Positions 11,003-19,754 of a stretch of DNA of 64,000 nucleotides are shown one piece after another. The notes beneath the pieces were generated by a model. That model was not told where the DNA came from and did not search any database. It saw only the letters and a program-made list of their open reading frames with translations. This DNA comes from Pseudomonadota bacterium (GTDB taxonomy: Bacteria; UBA10199; 2-02-FULL-44-16; JBDRGF01), in NCBI GenBank assembly GCA_043818055.1, contig JBDRGF010000033.1, positions 1-64,000 on the forward strand, given 5' to 3'. Each line of letters begins with the position of its first letter. The stretch's first letter is position 1. The position numbers and the translations under genes were made by a program.

Positions 11003-12202
11003 TCATCCATCCCTAAGAAAACTCATAATATTCCTAACCCCCACATCATCAACTCTTCTCTCATTCCCAACACCCTTCAATGCCAATAGCAACTTTTCTC
11101 CATCATTCGGCGCCTCAGCTATAGCGGCTTTTCCTCTCTCATACGCCGGGTCGTAATCTATATCCATTTCCACCTGCACATACAACCGCTCATCCCCTCG
11201 CTCACACACAAAATCGAGCAATTTTCCCTCCTTCAACTGGCCAACCTTTACCTCATATTTTCTGCGTATTAATTCCAGATAGACCAGATTCTCGAGGCTC
11301 TGCTTCGTCTCCAGATAGCTATAACCGATACTGCTGTTTCTCATGCCGATATCTGTGAAATAATATTTTCCCCTGCCGCTCATAATTTTTCTTGTCTTCA
11401 CATTTACCCGCTTAACGCCCATTATAAAATCGGCCTCTTCGAGATAGCCGATATATTTATGCACCAGCCCCTCTGATATTTTATAACTCGTCGATCTCAA
11501 TGCCCGCTGTATTTTATCCGCAGTCAAAAGGGTTCCCATGTTTATTCCCAGATATTGTATCAATCTCTCCAAAAATTCTATATTTCTCAACTTCTCTCGC
11601 TCGATCACATCTTTTAAAAATATATTGCTCATGCTGCGCTTCAACCACCTGTCCACTATGTCGTGTTTGAGAGTGAGGTTCTTCATATAAGGCATGCCGC
11701 CATATTTGAGATAGAGCTGAAAACTTTCCATCGTATTGGGAAGTTCATGAAACTCCAGATTTTCTGAATAGGAGAGAGGGAGGATCAAAAACTGCTTAAA
11801 GAGTTCGTCGGATCCGAAGAGGGAGTCCGATATATTATCTCCAGCACAATATATATCGTATCTTCCTTCAGATAGAAGGTACTCCAAAGCTTGTTTACAG
11901 TTACTTATTTCCTGTATCTCATCTATAAAGAGATAGACCAGCCCCAAGCTCCTCTTACACTTTTGCTGTATATATTTGATGAGTCTCGAATCTGACTTAA
12001 TATGCTTAAAGGTATCGGAATCTTTGTTAATATGTAAAATAGTAGCATTATCAAGCCGGGTATTTATGACATCCAGCATCTGATTCAGCAAAAAACTCTT
12101 ACCAGCACCCCGAATCCCTCTGAAGACCTTCACAATATCCTTTCCAAGCAATAGCTTTATTTCGTTTAAATAGATGTTTCGGGGGATGTTTTGTGATGGC
12201 AT
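11003..12202 (-). CDS. AAA_14/DUF4143-type ATP-binding protein
   Basis: GIRGAGKS, FIDEIQ, YGGMP, YFTDIG, LENLVYLEL, DFV..YVQV. Confidence 0.85.
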   Translation of the reverse strand: MPSQNIPRNIYLNEIKLLLGKDIVKVFRGIRGAGKSFLLNQMLDVINTRLDNATILHINKDSDTFKHIKSDSRLIKYIQQKCKRSLGLVYLFIDEIQEISNCKQALEYLLSEGRYDIYCAGDNISDSLFGSDELFKQFLILPLSYSENLEFHELPNTMESFQLYLKYGGMPYMKNLTLKHDIVDRWLKRSMSNIFLKDVIEREKLRNIEFLERLIQYLGINMGTLLTADKIQRALRSTSYKISEGLVHKYIGYLEEADFIMGVKRVNVKTRKIMSGRGKYYFTDIGMRNSSIGYSYLETKQSLENLVYLELIRRKYEVKVGQLKEGKLLDFVCERGDERLYVQVEMDIDYDPAYERGKAAIAEAPNDGEKLLLALKGVGNERRVDDVGVRNIMSFLRDG

Positions 12203-12242
12203 AGTAAGTCTCCAATATTTGACTATTATAAAAAACTGTTCT

Positions 12243-12304
12243 AGCCCTATCGGACTAAAAGATCAAACATAAAATAGCCCGATCGGGCTTTGTCCGAACG
12301 GGCC
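12243..12304. promoter_or_regulatory. Three related 14-bp palindromic operators in a divergent promoter region
   Basis: agccctatcggact (12243-12256), agcccgatcgggct (12276-12289, perfect), tgtccgaacgggcc (12291-12304). Confidence 0.65.
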
Positions 12305-12337
12305 AATGGATCTATATTTTGCATCACGGAGATACAC

Positions 12338-12550
12338 ATGGATCCTAAACAGAAAAAATTCTTTAAGAAATTTGGAGCTGAAGTCAGAAAAGTCCGCCTT
12401 GAGACGGGTATGACTCTTGAAGATATGCAAAGCTTCGGTTTTTCAGCACAACATTTTCAGAAAATTGAATCTGGTCAAAAAGCAATCAATCTCTATACAG
12501 CCCATCGCATCTCTAAAGCTTTTAAGATTCGCATTGATGACTTGATATAA
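12338..12550 (+). CDS. XRE-family HTH regulator
   Basis: FGAEVRKVR..MTLE..FQKIESG; ATG at 12338 preceded by ggaga (ORF-track start 12290 overlaps the operators). Confidence 0.85.
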   Translation: MDPKQKKFFKKFGAEVRKVRLETGMTLEDMQSFGFSAQHFQKIESGQKAINLYTAHRISKAFKIRIDDLI

Positions 12551-12559
12551 AATCTTATT

Positions 12560-12766
12560 ATGGATGCCACAGAAAGAGTTCGAAAAAATATTATTCGCAT
12601 AAGACAGGAGAAGGGCTTCACCCAAGAAAGGCTAGCTTATGAATCTGACATGTCAAAAGGCCATCTGTCTGAAATTGAATCCGGCAAAAAACCTTCTACT
12701 GTACGTACACTCGAAAAACTCACAGAGACTTTGGATGTTAAGCTTTCTAAACTGACTTTTGAATAA
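12560..12766 (+). CDS. XRE-family HTH regulator (C-protein-like)
   Basis: IRQEKGFTQERLA..LSEIESG..TLEKL. Confidence 0.9.
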   Translation: MDATERVRKNIIRIRQEKGFTQERLAYESDMSKGHLSEIESGKKPSTVRTLEKLTETLDVKLSKLTFE

Positions 12767-13051
12767 ACGTGGTTACGTCTCAAATTCGAGCCTTTTTAGA
12801 ATATTATAGAGTTGTAGTTGCACTTCGATATCGTTTCCAAACAGTTTATTGAACATTCTAGTCCATAACTGACAGTTGTAGTTTTAATCCCTTAGCATTC
12901 TGCAGTTTTTTCCTTTTGAGAATATTTTTCCGTATTTTGTAAGCAAATATAAAACTACTGCAACTTGAATGGCTATATAAATGAAAGTTTATATAGTGTT
13001 TAATTTTGGAACGTATTTAAAATTCGAGATGTGACTCCATAAATGGAATGA

Positions 13052-14392
13052 TCACATAGCAGCAAATTGATCATAATATCTTGCTAATGACTTAGGTCTA
13101 ACACCTTCACAAAGCATAATTTGAAGGAACATAGTCCCAAGAGATATTGTGTTACCTTTTAGTCCAATTAATTGAGGAATTTTATTGTGTACCACTAATA
13201 ATCTCTCATCTACAGGTTTTTGGAATTCAGCTTTACCCTGTTTCGTACTTGACCATACAAGACGGGCCACCTGCAAATGCTTTGCCCACGCATTGATATC
13301 AAATCCAAAATACACTTCAGTGTGCCCTAAACTTATCTTTGCAATATCTTCGTTTAACCATGAGCGAAGCATGATTGGCATAGAGGTGGGATAACCGAAT
13401 GAGGAATCAAGGGACATGATTACATTGGTACAGTCCACTTGCTCAGAACTAGGCTGACTCATTGTATTTTGAAAATATTCTTTGACAATTTTTTGCCCCG
13501 CTTCAATAGACATGCCGCGTAACCTATTAAATACCAACACATGCAGGCAATCATCTATACTATGTTCTACAAAGTTTTTTGAGCGGACATCCTTAAACAG
13601 AGAAGTTAATTCATCCTCGAATCTCTCGAAAGGTTTAGATGGCGCAATTGCATTCCGCTCCATATCCAAAAACGGATCATACACTTTATCATTTTCAACT
13701 AGATCAACCAATTTACTTGCCCTATCCTCCTGTCTAATAATTCGGTTTATCTGTTTGATTCCATGATCACCATGTTCCTTCACAAATGTATTGAGATCCT
13801 TTAAAATTATATCAGGATTTTTTTGGTGCATCATGTCACTAATCTTTTGATTAACTTTTCCAGACTTGAGTTCAACAAACGAGACGCCAGAAGGACTAAA
13901 TAAAGTTATATCGCCAATATCTATACACCTAGTTGCATCATTCCAAATTGGTAAGCACTGGCCCTCAGCAAATAAATATTTCATTGTCTTTAAGATTGAT
14001 TCAGGATTTTGATCTTTTAACTTACCTCGTTCTTGATTTCGACATGTTCTCCTAACAAATAAACCAGGTTCACGAGGATAGGCAATCCAAAAAATTGAAT
14101 CATTTATACATCTAAAAAGTTGCCTTATGTAGGACCACCCCTTTTTTGAAATCTTAACTTCCTTAGGTGTGACACTTCCAGGTAACAACATCTTATCTTC
14201 CGTGTGAATTATGGCATCGATTGTCAAAACATGTAATGAATATAATCCTCTATGGAAATCTTTAATAAATTGGTCACGGTTGTTATGAATATCCTTCATT
14301 GAACGATACTTTTTCCCAGCTGGTTCACGTAGCAAATCTACCGCAGTCATAATCATCTGTTGGAGAGCACCACTGGAATCTTTGATCATCAT
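13052..14392 (-). CDS. Hypothetical protein with putative PD-(D/E)xK nuclease motif
   Basis: IGDIT....FVELKSG. Confidence 0.55.
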   Translation of the reverse strand: MMIKDSSGALQQMIMTAVDLLREPAGKKYRSMKDIHNNRDQFIKDFHRGLYSLHVLTIDAIIHTEDKMLLPGSVTPKEVKISKKGWSYIRQLFRCINDSIFWIAYPREPGLFVRRTCRNQERGKLKDQNPESILKTMKYLFAEGQCLPIWNDATRCIDIGDITLFSPSGVSFVELKSGKVNQKISDMMHQKNPDIILKDLNTFVKEHGDHGIKQINRIIRQEDRASKLVDLVENDKVYDPFLDMERNAIAPSKPFERFEDELTSLFKDVRSKNFVEHSIDDCLHVLVFNRLRGMSIEAGQKIVKEYFQNTMSQPSSEQVDCTNVIMSLDSSFGYPTSMPIMLRSWLNEDIAKISLGHTEVYFGFDINAWAKHLQVARLVWSSTKQGKAEFQKPVDERLLVVHNKIPQLIGLKGNTISLGTMFLQIMLCEGVRPKSLARYYDQFAAM

Positions 14393-14475
14393 CGATTTTA
14401 CCTGCTCATTCTTTTACTAGTTTCTATCGTCTCTATTAAAACGAGCGGCTAACAGAAAAAATAAAAAACAAGATA

Positions 14476-15009
14476 TTACTGTTTCCTATATTCTATAATT
14501 TTCTTTATTGCACATATGGACTGTTCAGCAAACCCTAGAAGGTGCAGAATCAACCCTGGTTTATTCATAATCTCATCGAATTTTGGACCATGAACTTCAC
14601 CATAAATTGATCTGTCACGGTGAGCGCATGCTTTATCACGTAGGAAACATATGGCCTCTTGCATATTTTGGTAATCTTGGAATAATTTTTCGCCAATTGT
14701 TTTTATCTCTTTGTCTTGGTCTAGAATTAAAGAAAATGCCAACAACTCTAATAAAAGAGGAATTTCATTTTTATCCCTTTCATAAAGGGCAGCAAGTACT
14801 ATAATTATATACTTAATTATGGCTTTGCCCTTGTTATTCAACAACGGATCATTTCTATGGGAACCCTCTAATTCTCGCCTAATAACTAGCAACGCTTCAA
14901 GATCTTCTCCAGCTTCCTTAATGACAGCGAACCCTTTTGCGGCCTTTTCTGCAAAATCTTTTTGACAACCTTTCAATTCATAATTCATTTGTTCACCCCA
15001 AAGCTTCAT
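14476..15009 (-). CDS. Putative HEPN (AbiU2-like) domain protein
   Basis: Helical protein with LRDKACAHRD (RxxxxxH). Confidence 0.55.
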   Translation of the reverse strand: MKLWGEQMNYELKGCQKDFAEKAAKGFAVIKEAGEDLEALLVIRRELEGSHRNDPLLNNKGKAIIKYIIIVLAALYERDKNEIPLLLELLAFSLILDQDKEIKTIGEKLFQDYQNMQEAICFLRDKACAHRDRSIYGEVHGPKFDEIMNKPGLILHLLGFAEQSICAIKKIIEYRKQ

Positions 15010-15077
15010 ATTTCAAGCAAAATCCATAGTCAAAATTCCTAATGACGATGACATAATTAAACACAAAAACCAAACCC

Positions 15078-15165
15078 GAGATGGCCACGTCGCTTCGCTC
15101 CTCGCCCTGACAAAGTGCTGGATTCCCGACACCTCGAGAATGACAAAGGGGAGACAGGAATGACA
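15078..15165. repeat. Degenerate intergenic palindromic repeats (GTCATTCC/GGAATGAC-type halves)
   Basis: gagatggccacgtcgcttcgctcctcgccctgaca; ctggattccc..gagaatgaca; ggaatgaca. Confidence 0.55.
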
Positions 15166-15192
15166 AAAAGGGAACACCGGAGTTTTACCTCC

Positions 15193-15789
15193 CTAAAACC
15201 CCTCCATAAAATTACAAAATTCATCGAAGGTTACCGCCTTTGATCGAATCTTTTTTAAATTTAAAGAATCTACAAAATGTTTAGAGGCATCACCTTTTCT
15301 ATAATCCTTGTCAGCCTGTTTATATAATCGCGACAGATCACGATTATTTAATTTTTCCACCGGGATATATTTTTCAGGTTTTCTTTTTGCCTTAGATATT
15401 CTTAAGAATTCATATATTCCATCAATATCATGAAAAAACCACGATTCAATATCCTGCACGGCTTCAAAAAGTAAAATCTCATCTTTGTTGATATTATCGT
15501 AGCAGCTCAACTCCTCTTTTATATACTGCATATCTATTGGAGCTAAACCAAATCTAGATTCCTTGTCTATGCAGATGACTATTGAAAAGAGAGTATCTTT
15601 GTGATCTCTAGCAAATGCCTCAGTTCTATTCAGGATTTTTTTATTGATGTTCCAATTGCCTTTAAGATTTATTATTTTGGATGCCTTACTGTTAAAAAAC
15701 ACTTCCTTTGATCTTCTGTAGAAGAGAATCTCTGTATCTCCTTCAACCATTATCAAAGCATGTTTTTTTTCAAAGCTGCATCTGTTCAT
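15193..15789 (-). CDS. DUF4276/RloB-like TOPRIM-type protein
   Basis: IMVEGDTE, CIDKE, DIESWFF, PVEKL, YRKG; start overlaps the ATPase stop. Confidence 0.7.
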   Translation of the reverse strand: MNRCSFEKKHALIMVEGDTEILFYRRSKEVFFNSKASKIINLKGNWNINKKILNRTEAFARDHKDTLFSIVICIDKESRFGLAPIDMQYIKEELSCYDNINKDEILLFEAVQDIESWFFHDIDGIYEFLRISKAKRKPEKYIPVEKLNNRDLSRLYKQADKDYRKGDASKHFVDSLNLKKIRSKAVTFDEFCNFMEGF

Positions 15790-16985
15790 AATGAAGTATC
15801 AATCTCAGTGTTGAAGTTGTCTGCAAATAGATCTCCAAAATCAATGTATTTCCCTCTTAAGCGTTTTTTAATATTGTTTATTTTAGAAGCAGGTTTGAAG
15901 CTGACCATTCCCCCCGCCACCTTCTCAGCTACAGTCACACAGCTAAAGTCAACAAGGTTGAGCAGAAAAGGTGAGTGTGTGGCTATCAAAACTTGTTTTC
16001 TCTCAACATCTTTTTTCATAGTATCCAACAACGAAGCCAGCGCATTCGGATGAAGACCAATTTCAGGTTCATCGATGACAACCTGTCCAAAATTGGAAAT
16101 AAAGAGTTCATAAAGCATCAAAAAGAGCAAACGTGAACCATCTGATAAATCATATATAAATCGAGGCTCGTCTATTCCTCGTTCTTTTATTAGACAGTAA
16201 TAGTAAATTTCGTTTTCTTTTTCCGGATAAGTTAGTTTTCCAAAGTTAATATCATCTAAATTTAGTATCCTTATAAAAGAAGCCTTAAACTTTAAAAGGT
16301 TTGCGTCTTTTTTTTCCTGAAGCTCATACAGTGGCTGCAATTTTTCCCGGATGGCTGCTTTATAACTGAAATTTAGATCGTGCGCTTTGAAAAGTGGGGT
16401 TCTTGCTAATTTTCTTATAAATAATAATGGGAGATATTCATTCTTAATTGTTTCTTCATCTGTAATTATAAGCCTAATTAATTCGAAAGAGATTGAGTTT
16501 AAAGGAATTTTGAAGCTCTTTAATTTCGAATCCCCAACCTTATCTCTAATCTTAAGTCTTTCCTCTTCCTTTTTAAAAATCGTAACACTAGGACCGGGAA
16601 CATCTGGTTGTTTAAAGAATAGCTCCTCATGGTTAATTGCGAGTTTATCTTTATTATCCTTCTGCAAGCTTAACTCTAGATGATAGGTCACATTTATTGG
16701 TTGGCCATTCTTTTCAGTTGAAAAAAAGATTTTTATAACAAGGGGCTTGGTAGGAATATGTTCTCGATTTGTCGAGAATATCAGCTGTGCAATTTCCTTT
16801 TCACCCTCCTCACCCCGATGAAACAATTTGTTCAAAATAGAAAAAATTTCAAAAAAATTGCTTTTCCCGGAGTTATTCGAGCCAACTAATACAGAGATGT
16901 CGCCGACATCAAAATGGCAATCTTTGAGGTTTTTATAGTTTGATATATAGAGCCCCGTGAGCCTTGTCTTCACTTTATCTATCAT
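15786..16985 (-). CDS. ABC-type AAA_21/AAA_15 ATPase
   Basis: NYKNL, GSNNSGKSN, LSDG, IDEPEIGLHP, ATHSP. Confidence 0.9.
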   Translation of the reverse strand: MIDKVKTRLTGLYISNYKNLKDCHFDVGDISVLVGSNNSGKSNFFEIFSILNKLFHRGEEGEKEIAQLIFSTNREHIPTKPLVIKIFFSTEKNGQPINVTYHLELSLQKDNKDKLAINHEELFFKQPDVPGPSVTIFKKEEERLKIRDKVGDSKLKSFKIPLNSISFELIRLIITDEETIKNEYLPLLFIRKLARTPLFKAHDLNFSYKAAIREKLQPLYELQEKKDANLLKFKASFIRILNLDDINFGKLTYPEKENEIYYYCLIKERGIDEPRFIYDLSDGSRLLFLMLYELFISNFGQVVIDEPEIGLHPNALASLLDTMKKDVERKQVLIATHSPFLLNLVDFSCVTVAEKVAGGMVSFKPASKINNIKKRLRGKYIDFGDLFADNFNTEIDTSL

Positions 16986-17192
16986 AATTAACCCCTTTAA
17001 ATTGACTCTATTAGAGCTATATTGTCATAAAAAAGCCAAAACAGGCCTAATATATCCACTAAAAGGTCTATATTGTCAATAATATTATAATCAAACCCGG
17101 TGACAGAGAAGCTTTCACTGTTCGAATCCCGTGTCTTCAAAGTAGACATTTCCTACCTTCACCACAGGGTTTCTCATCTTCATTGAATCGGT

Positions 17193-17457
17193 TCTGACCT
17201 TTGGACACAATTGGTTTTACACTGTTTAAGGGATAAAAGAATACATTTAAAAGCTTTTTTGTTTACTCACGATGTCATCCCGTACTTGATACGGGATCCA
17301 GAACAGCCTCGCAAATAGCGCTAATCCTGGATGCCGGATCGGGCATGTCCCAGACTTGATCTGGGATCCGGCATGACAAAAAAAATGAAAAGATCTTTAT
17401 GTAGTCTCTTGAAAGCCTTGATTTTCCATTATCACAGACTTGTGTCCAAAGGTCAGA
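17193..17457. mobile_element. MITE-like element with perfect 18-bp terminal inverted repeats enclosing a palindromic repeat
   Basis: tctgacctttggacacaa (17193-17210) and ttgtgtccaaaggtcaga (17440-17457); internal tgtcatcccg..cgggatccag/ctggatgccgg..ccggcatgaca (17273-17378). Confidence 0.65.
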
Positions 17458-17552
17458 TCGGTTCTCTTGAAATTTTGCCAAAAGTAGAGTATATATCCGC
17501 GCTTGCCAATTCTGCTGCACTTTTCTATAGAAAGAATTAGGCAAAAGACCTG

Positions 17553-18092
17553 ATGAATGAAAGGATGATAGTTATGAAACCTGAACAGATACCAGAAGGA
17601 ATGAAACATATATTTGATACCGTAATAACACTAGTCGATCAATGCTGTGCCAATGCTCTCAATGATGAGTATAGAAAGGTGTGTCACAAGGCGGTAGCAA
17701 AGCTTTGCAGAAAACGCCCATCTCCATTATCACGTGGTAATATTAATGCATGGGTATGTGGTATTATTTATGCCATTGGGCAGGTCAATTTTCTCTTTGA
17801 CAGGAACAATGAACCTTATTTATCAGCTAGCGATTTATGCAGCATGTTTGGTATAAGCAAGAGTACCGGTTCTGCAAGGGCAAGAGAGGTCTCTAAAATG
17901 CTCAAATCTTATCCTTTAGATCCCAAGTGGAGTCTTCCTTCTGTACTGAAGAGAAACCCCCTAACTTGGATGATTGAAGTTAACGGATTTATTGTGGATG
18001 CTCGTACGCTTCCGCATCCAATGCAGCAAATTGCCTATGAAAAAGGATTAATCCCATATATTCCAGTTAAAGAGGGGGAGCATGAACACTAA
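17553..18092 (+). CDS. DUF6398-like hypothetical protein
   Basis: KLCRKRPSPL, WVCGIIYAIGQVNFLFD, VNGFIVDARTLP..Q..AYEKGLIPY. Confidence 0.75.
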   Translation: MNERMIVMKPEQIPEGMKHIFDTVITLVDQCCANALNDEYRKVCHKAVAKLCRKRPSPLSRGNINAWVCGIIYAIGQVNFLFDRNNEPYLSASDLCSMFGISKSTGSARAREVSKMLKSYPLDPKWSLPSVLKRNPLTWMIEVNGFIVDARTLPHPMQQIAYEKGLIPYIPVKEGEHEH

Positions 18093-18389
18093 CAATCTCA
18101 CCGAAATGGCTTAGGTTTTGAGGTTGATACTGACGATAAGTTAAAAGTAGCAATTTTTCATAAAAGATGATCCCCAGACCACCTTTGACAAAAAAAACCT
18201 CAAGAAGATGCTGAACATGCTATTCTTCAAAGACTTCGCCGCGATAAATGCAAAGTGCGATAATGGAAATTCCGTATCAGTTGAACTGGATGCGTGACCT
18301 TAGTTTTCTATCTTCAACCATCTGTCAAAATCCTTGTCCTATTTGATTTGTCTGGCCCTTATAAAACAACAAAAAGTCATAATATATAC

Positions 18390-18420
18390 TTGATATAGTA
18401 TAGTATATATAGTATAGTAT
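18390..18420 (+). promoter_or_regulatory. sigma70-type promoter overlapped by a 14-bp tandem repeat; probably leaderless transcript
   Basis: TTGATA(18390)-N17-TATAGT(18413); atatagtatagtat twice (18393-18420); ATG 7 nt after the -10. Confidence 0.6.
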
Positions 18421-18425
18421 ATGTC

Positions 18426-19154
18426 ATGAAATCCCTTCCCACATCTAAGAAGGCTATTCTGGAGCTTATAGAAACCGGTATAAAACTTCCTATGGCTACC
18501 CAGAATTATCCTTCAAGAGGTCAGTCAGCTGTTCAGGAGCTTTATCAAACCAAACTGGGAAAACTTTTTTTGAAACGGGTATCAAAAAGAAACCATACAG
18601 AATGCCAAGTAAAAATTGAGAATGGAACGATAGCGGAACGAGAGTTCTGGGCGTCATCTTTGGCTAAGGATATCGGACTTGATGTTCCTTCGATTTTTTT
18701 AATCGATGAGTTTACAACTGTTCAACCCTGGCTTGATTACCCCGATGGCCACATCTATTCCTCACATGAGGGAAGGATGGAATTCAACATTGAGAACATC
18801 TTCGATTGCGGCATTTTTGATTGGCTCACAGGACAGGTTGACAGGCACGATGCTAATTATCTTTATAACCTCACTGAACAAAAAATCATACTGGTTGACT
18901 CCGGACATAGCTTCTTAAAATATGACGGTTCACTTCCGGACTACTTAAAACTCTTTGAAATGACAGGAAAGCTCGAACTAAAACAACTCCTACAAAGCAA
19001 AATCAAGGACAGGATCATAAAGTTGAGTGATGATCATATTCATAAACTTGTTCCGCTGAAAGACATCGAAGAGAAAGAGGCTTTTTTTAGACGTAAAAAT
19101 AAATTGAATGATATTGCTTCGCTCGAAGATCTGATAAGTTTGTATAGGAGATAA
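18426..19154 (+). CDS. HipA-like (PI3/PI4-kinase fold) kinase, putative toxin
   Basis: LFLKR, AEREF..LA..IGLDVP, FDWLTGQVDRHDANYL, LVDSGHSF. Confidence 0.75.
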   Translation: MKSLPTSKKAILELIETGIKLPMATQNYPSRGQSAVQELYQTKLGKLFLKRVSKRNHTECQVKIENGTIAEREFWASSLAKDIGLDVPSIFLIDEFTTVQPWLDYPDGHIYSSHEGRMEFNIENIFDCGIFDWLTGQVDRHDANYLYNLTEQKIILVDSGHSFLKYDGSLPDYLKLFEMTGKLELKQLLQSKIKDRIIKLSDDHIHKLVPLKDIEEKEAFFRRKNKLNDIASLEDLISLYRR

Positions 19155-19156
19155 TT

Positions 19157-19720
19157 ATGGCCAAAATCACTAATGATGAACTTAAAGAATTAATTAACGC
19201 GCTTCAGCTGAGCATCAGCTCTAAAATTGTTGACGGTGTTTTGGGTAAAGATAGCGAAACTGTTGTGATAAAGTTCGAAAAAAGGCCTGCGAATGATAAG
19301 GGGTGGATGATTTTTGAAAAAATCATTGGAGGAGGCCTCGATAAAAACGGGTTTTCCTGTTCAATCGATCTTCATAATTATGAAGATGCACAGATGAGTA
19401 CGATCACAAGTTTCCTGATGCTCTCTCGTTTGAAAAAAGATAATATGAAAAAATTAGCTGAGCTGGATGCAAAATTTGAAGGGATTGCGAAAAAAATTGG
19501 AATTGATGTTTCCGACTATTCTCCAGCATCCACGGTTCAGGATATCTCCAAAAGAATTTTCAATGTTTTGGGTGAAAAAAAAATGACAATTCGGGAACTC
19601 TCTCTCAAGACAGGGTTAACCCCTGTTGCCCTAAGCAGATTCAAGGCCGGCAATGACATACGCCTTTCAAGCTTATTAAAAATAATCAAAGCGTTAGGCA
19701 TGAGACTGGGAATAAAATAG
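19157..19720 (+). CDS. Protein with C-terminal XRE HTH, putative antitoxin/regulator
   Basis: MTIRELSLKTGLTPVALSRFKAG..RLSSLLKIIKALG; begins 2 nt after the kinase stop. Confidence 0.7.
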   Translation: MAKITNDELKELINALQLSISSKIVDGVLGKDSETVVIKFEKRPANDKGWMIFEKIIGGGLDKNGFSCSIDLHNYEDAQMSTITSFLMLSRLKKDNMKKLAELDAKFEGIAKKIGIDVSDYSPASTVQDISKRIFNVLGEKKMTIRELSLKTGLTPVALSRFKAGNDIRLSSLLKIIKALGMRLGIK

Positions 19721-19754
19721 CCTTTCACTACATGCTACATGCTCGGCACTGCCT

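Noticed and set aside
17120..17130. gttcgaatccc, a tRNA T-loop-like or att-like motif
   Set aside because: No cloverleaf, acceptor stem or second copy
10700..19750. Island as prophage, integron or ICE
   Set aside because: No integrase, structural genes, relaxase or clear attC sites
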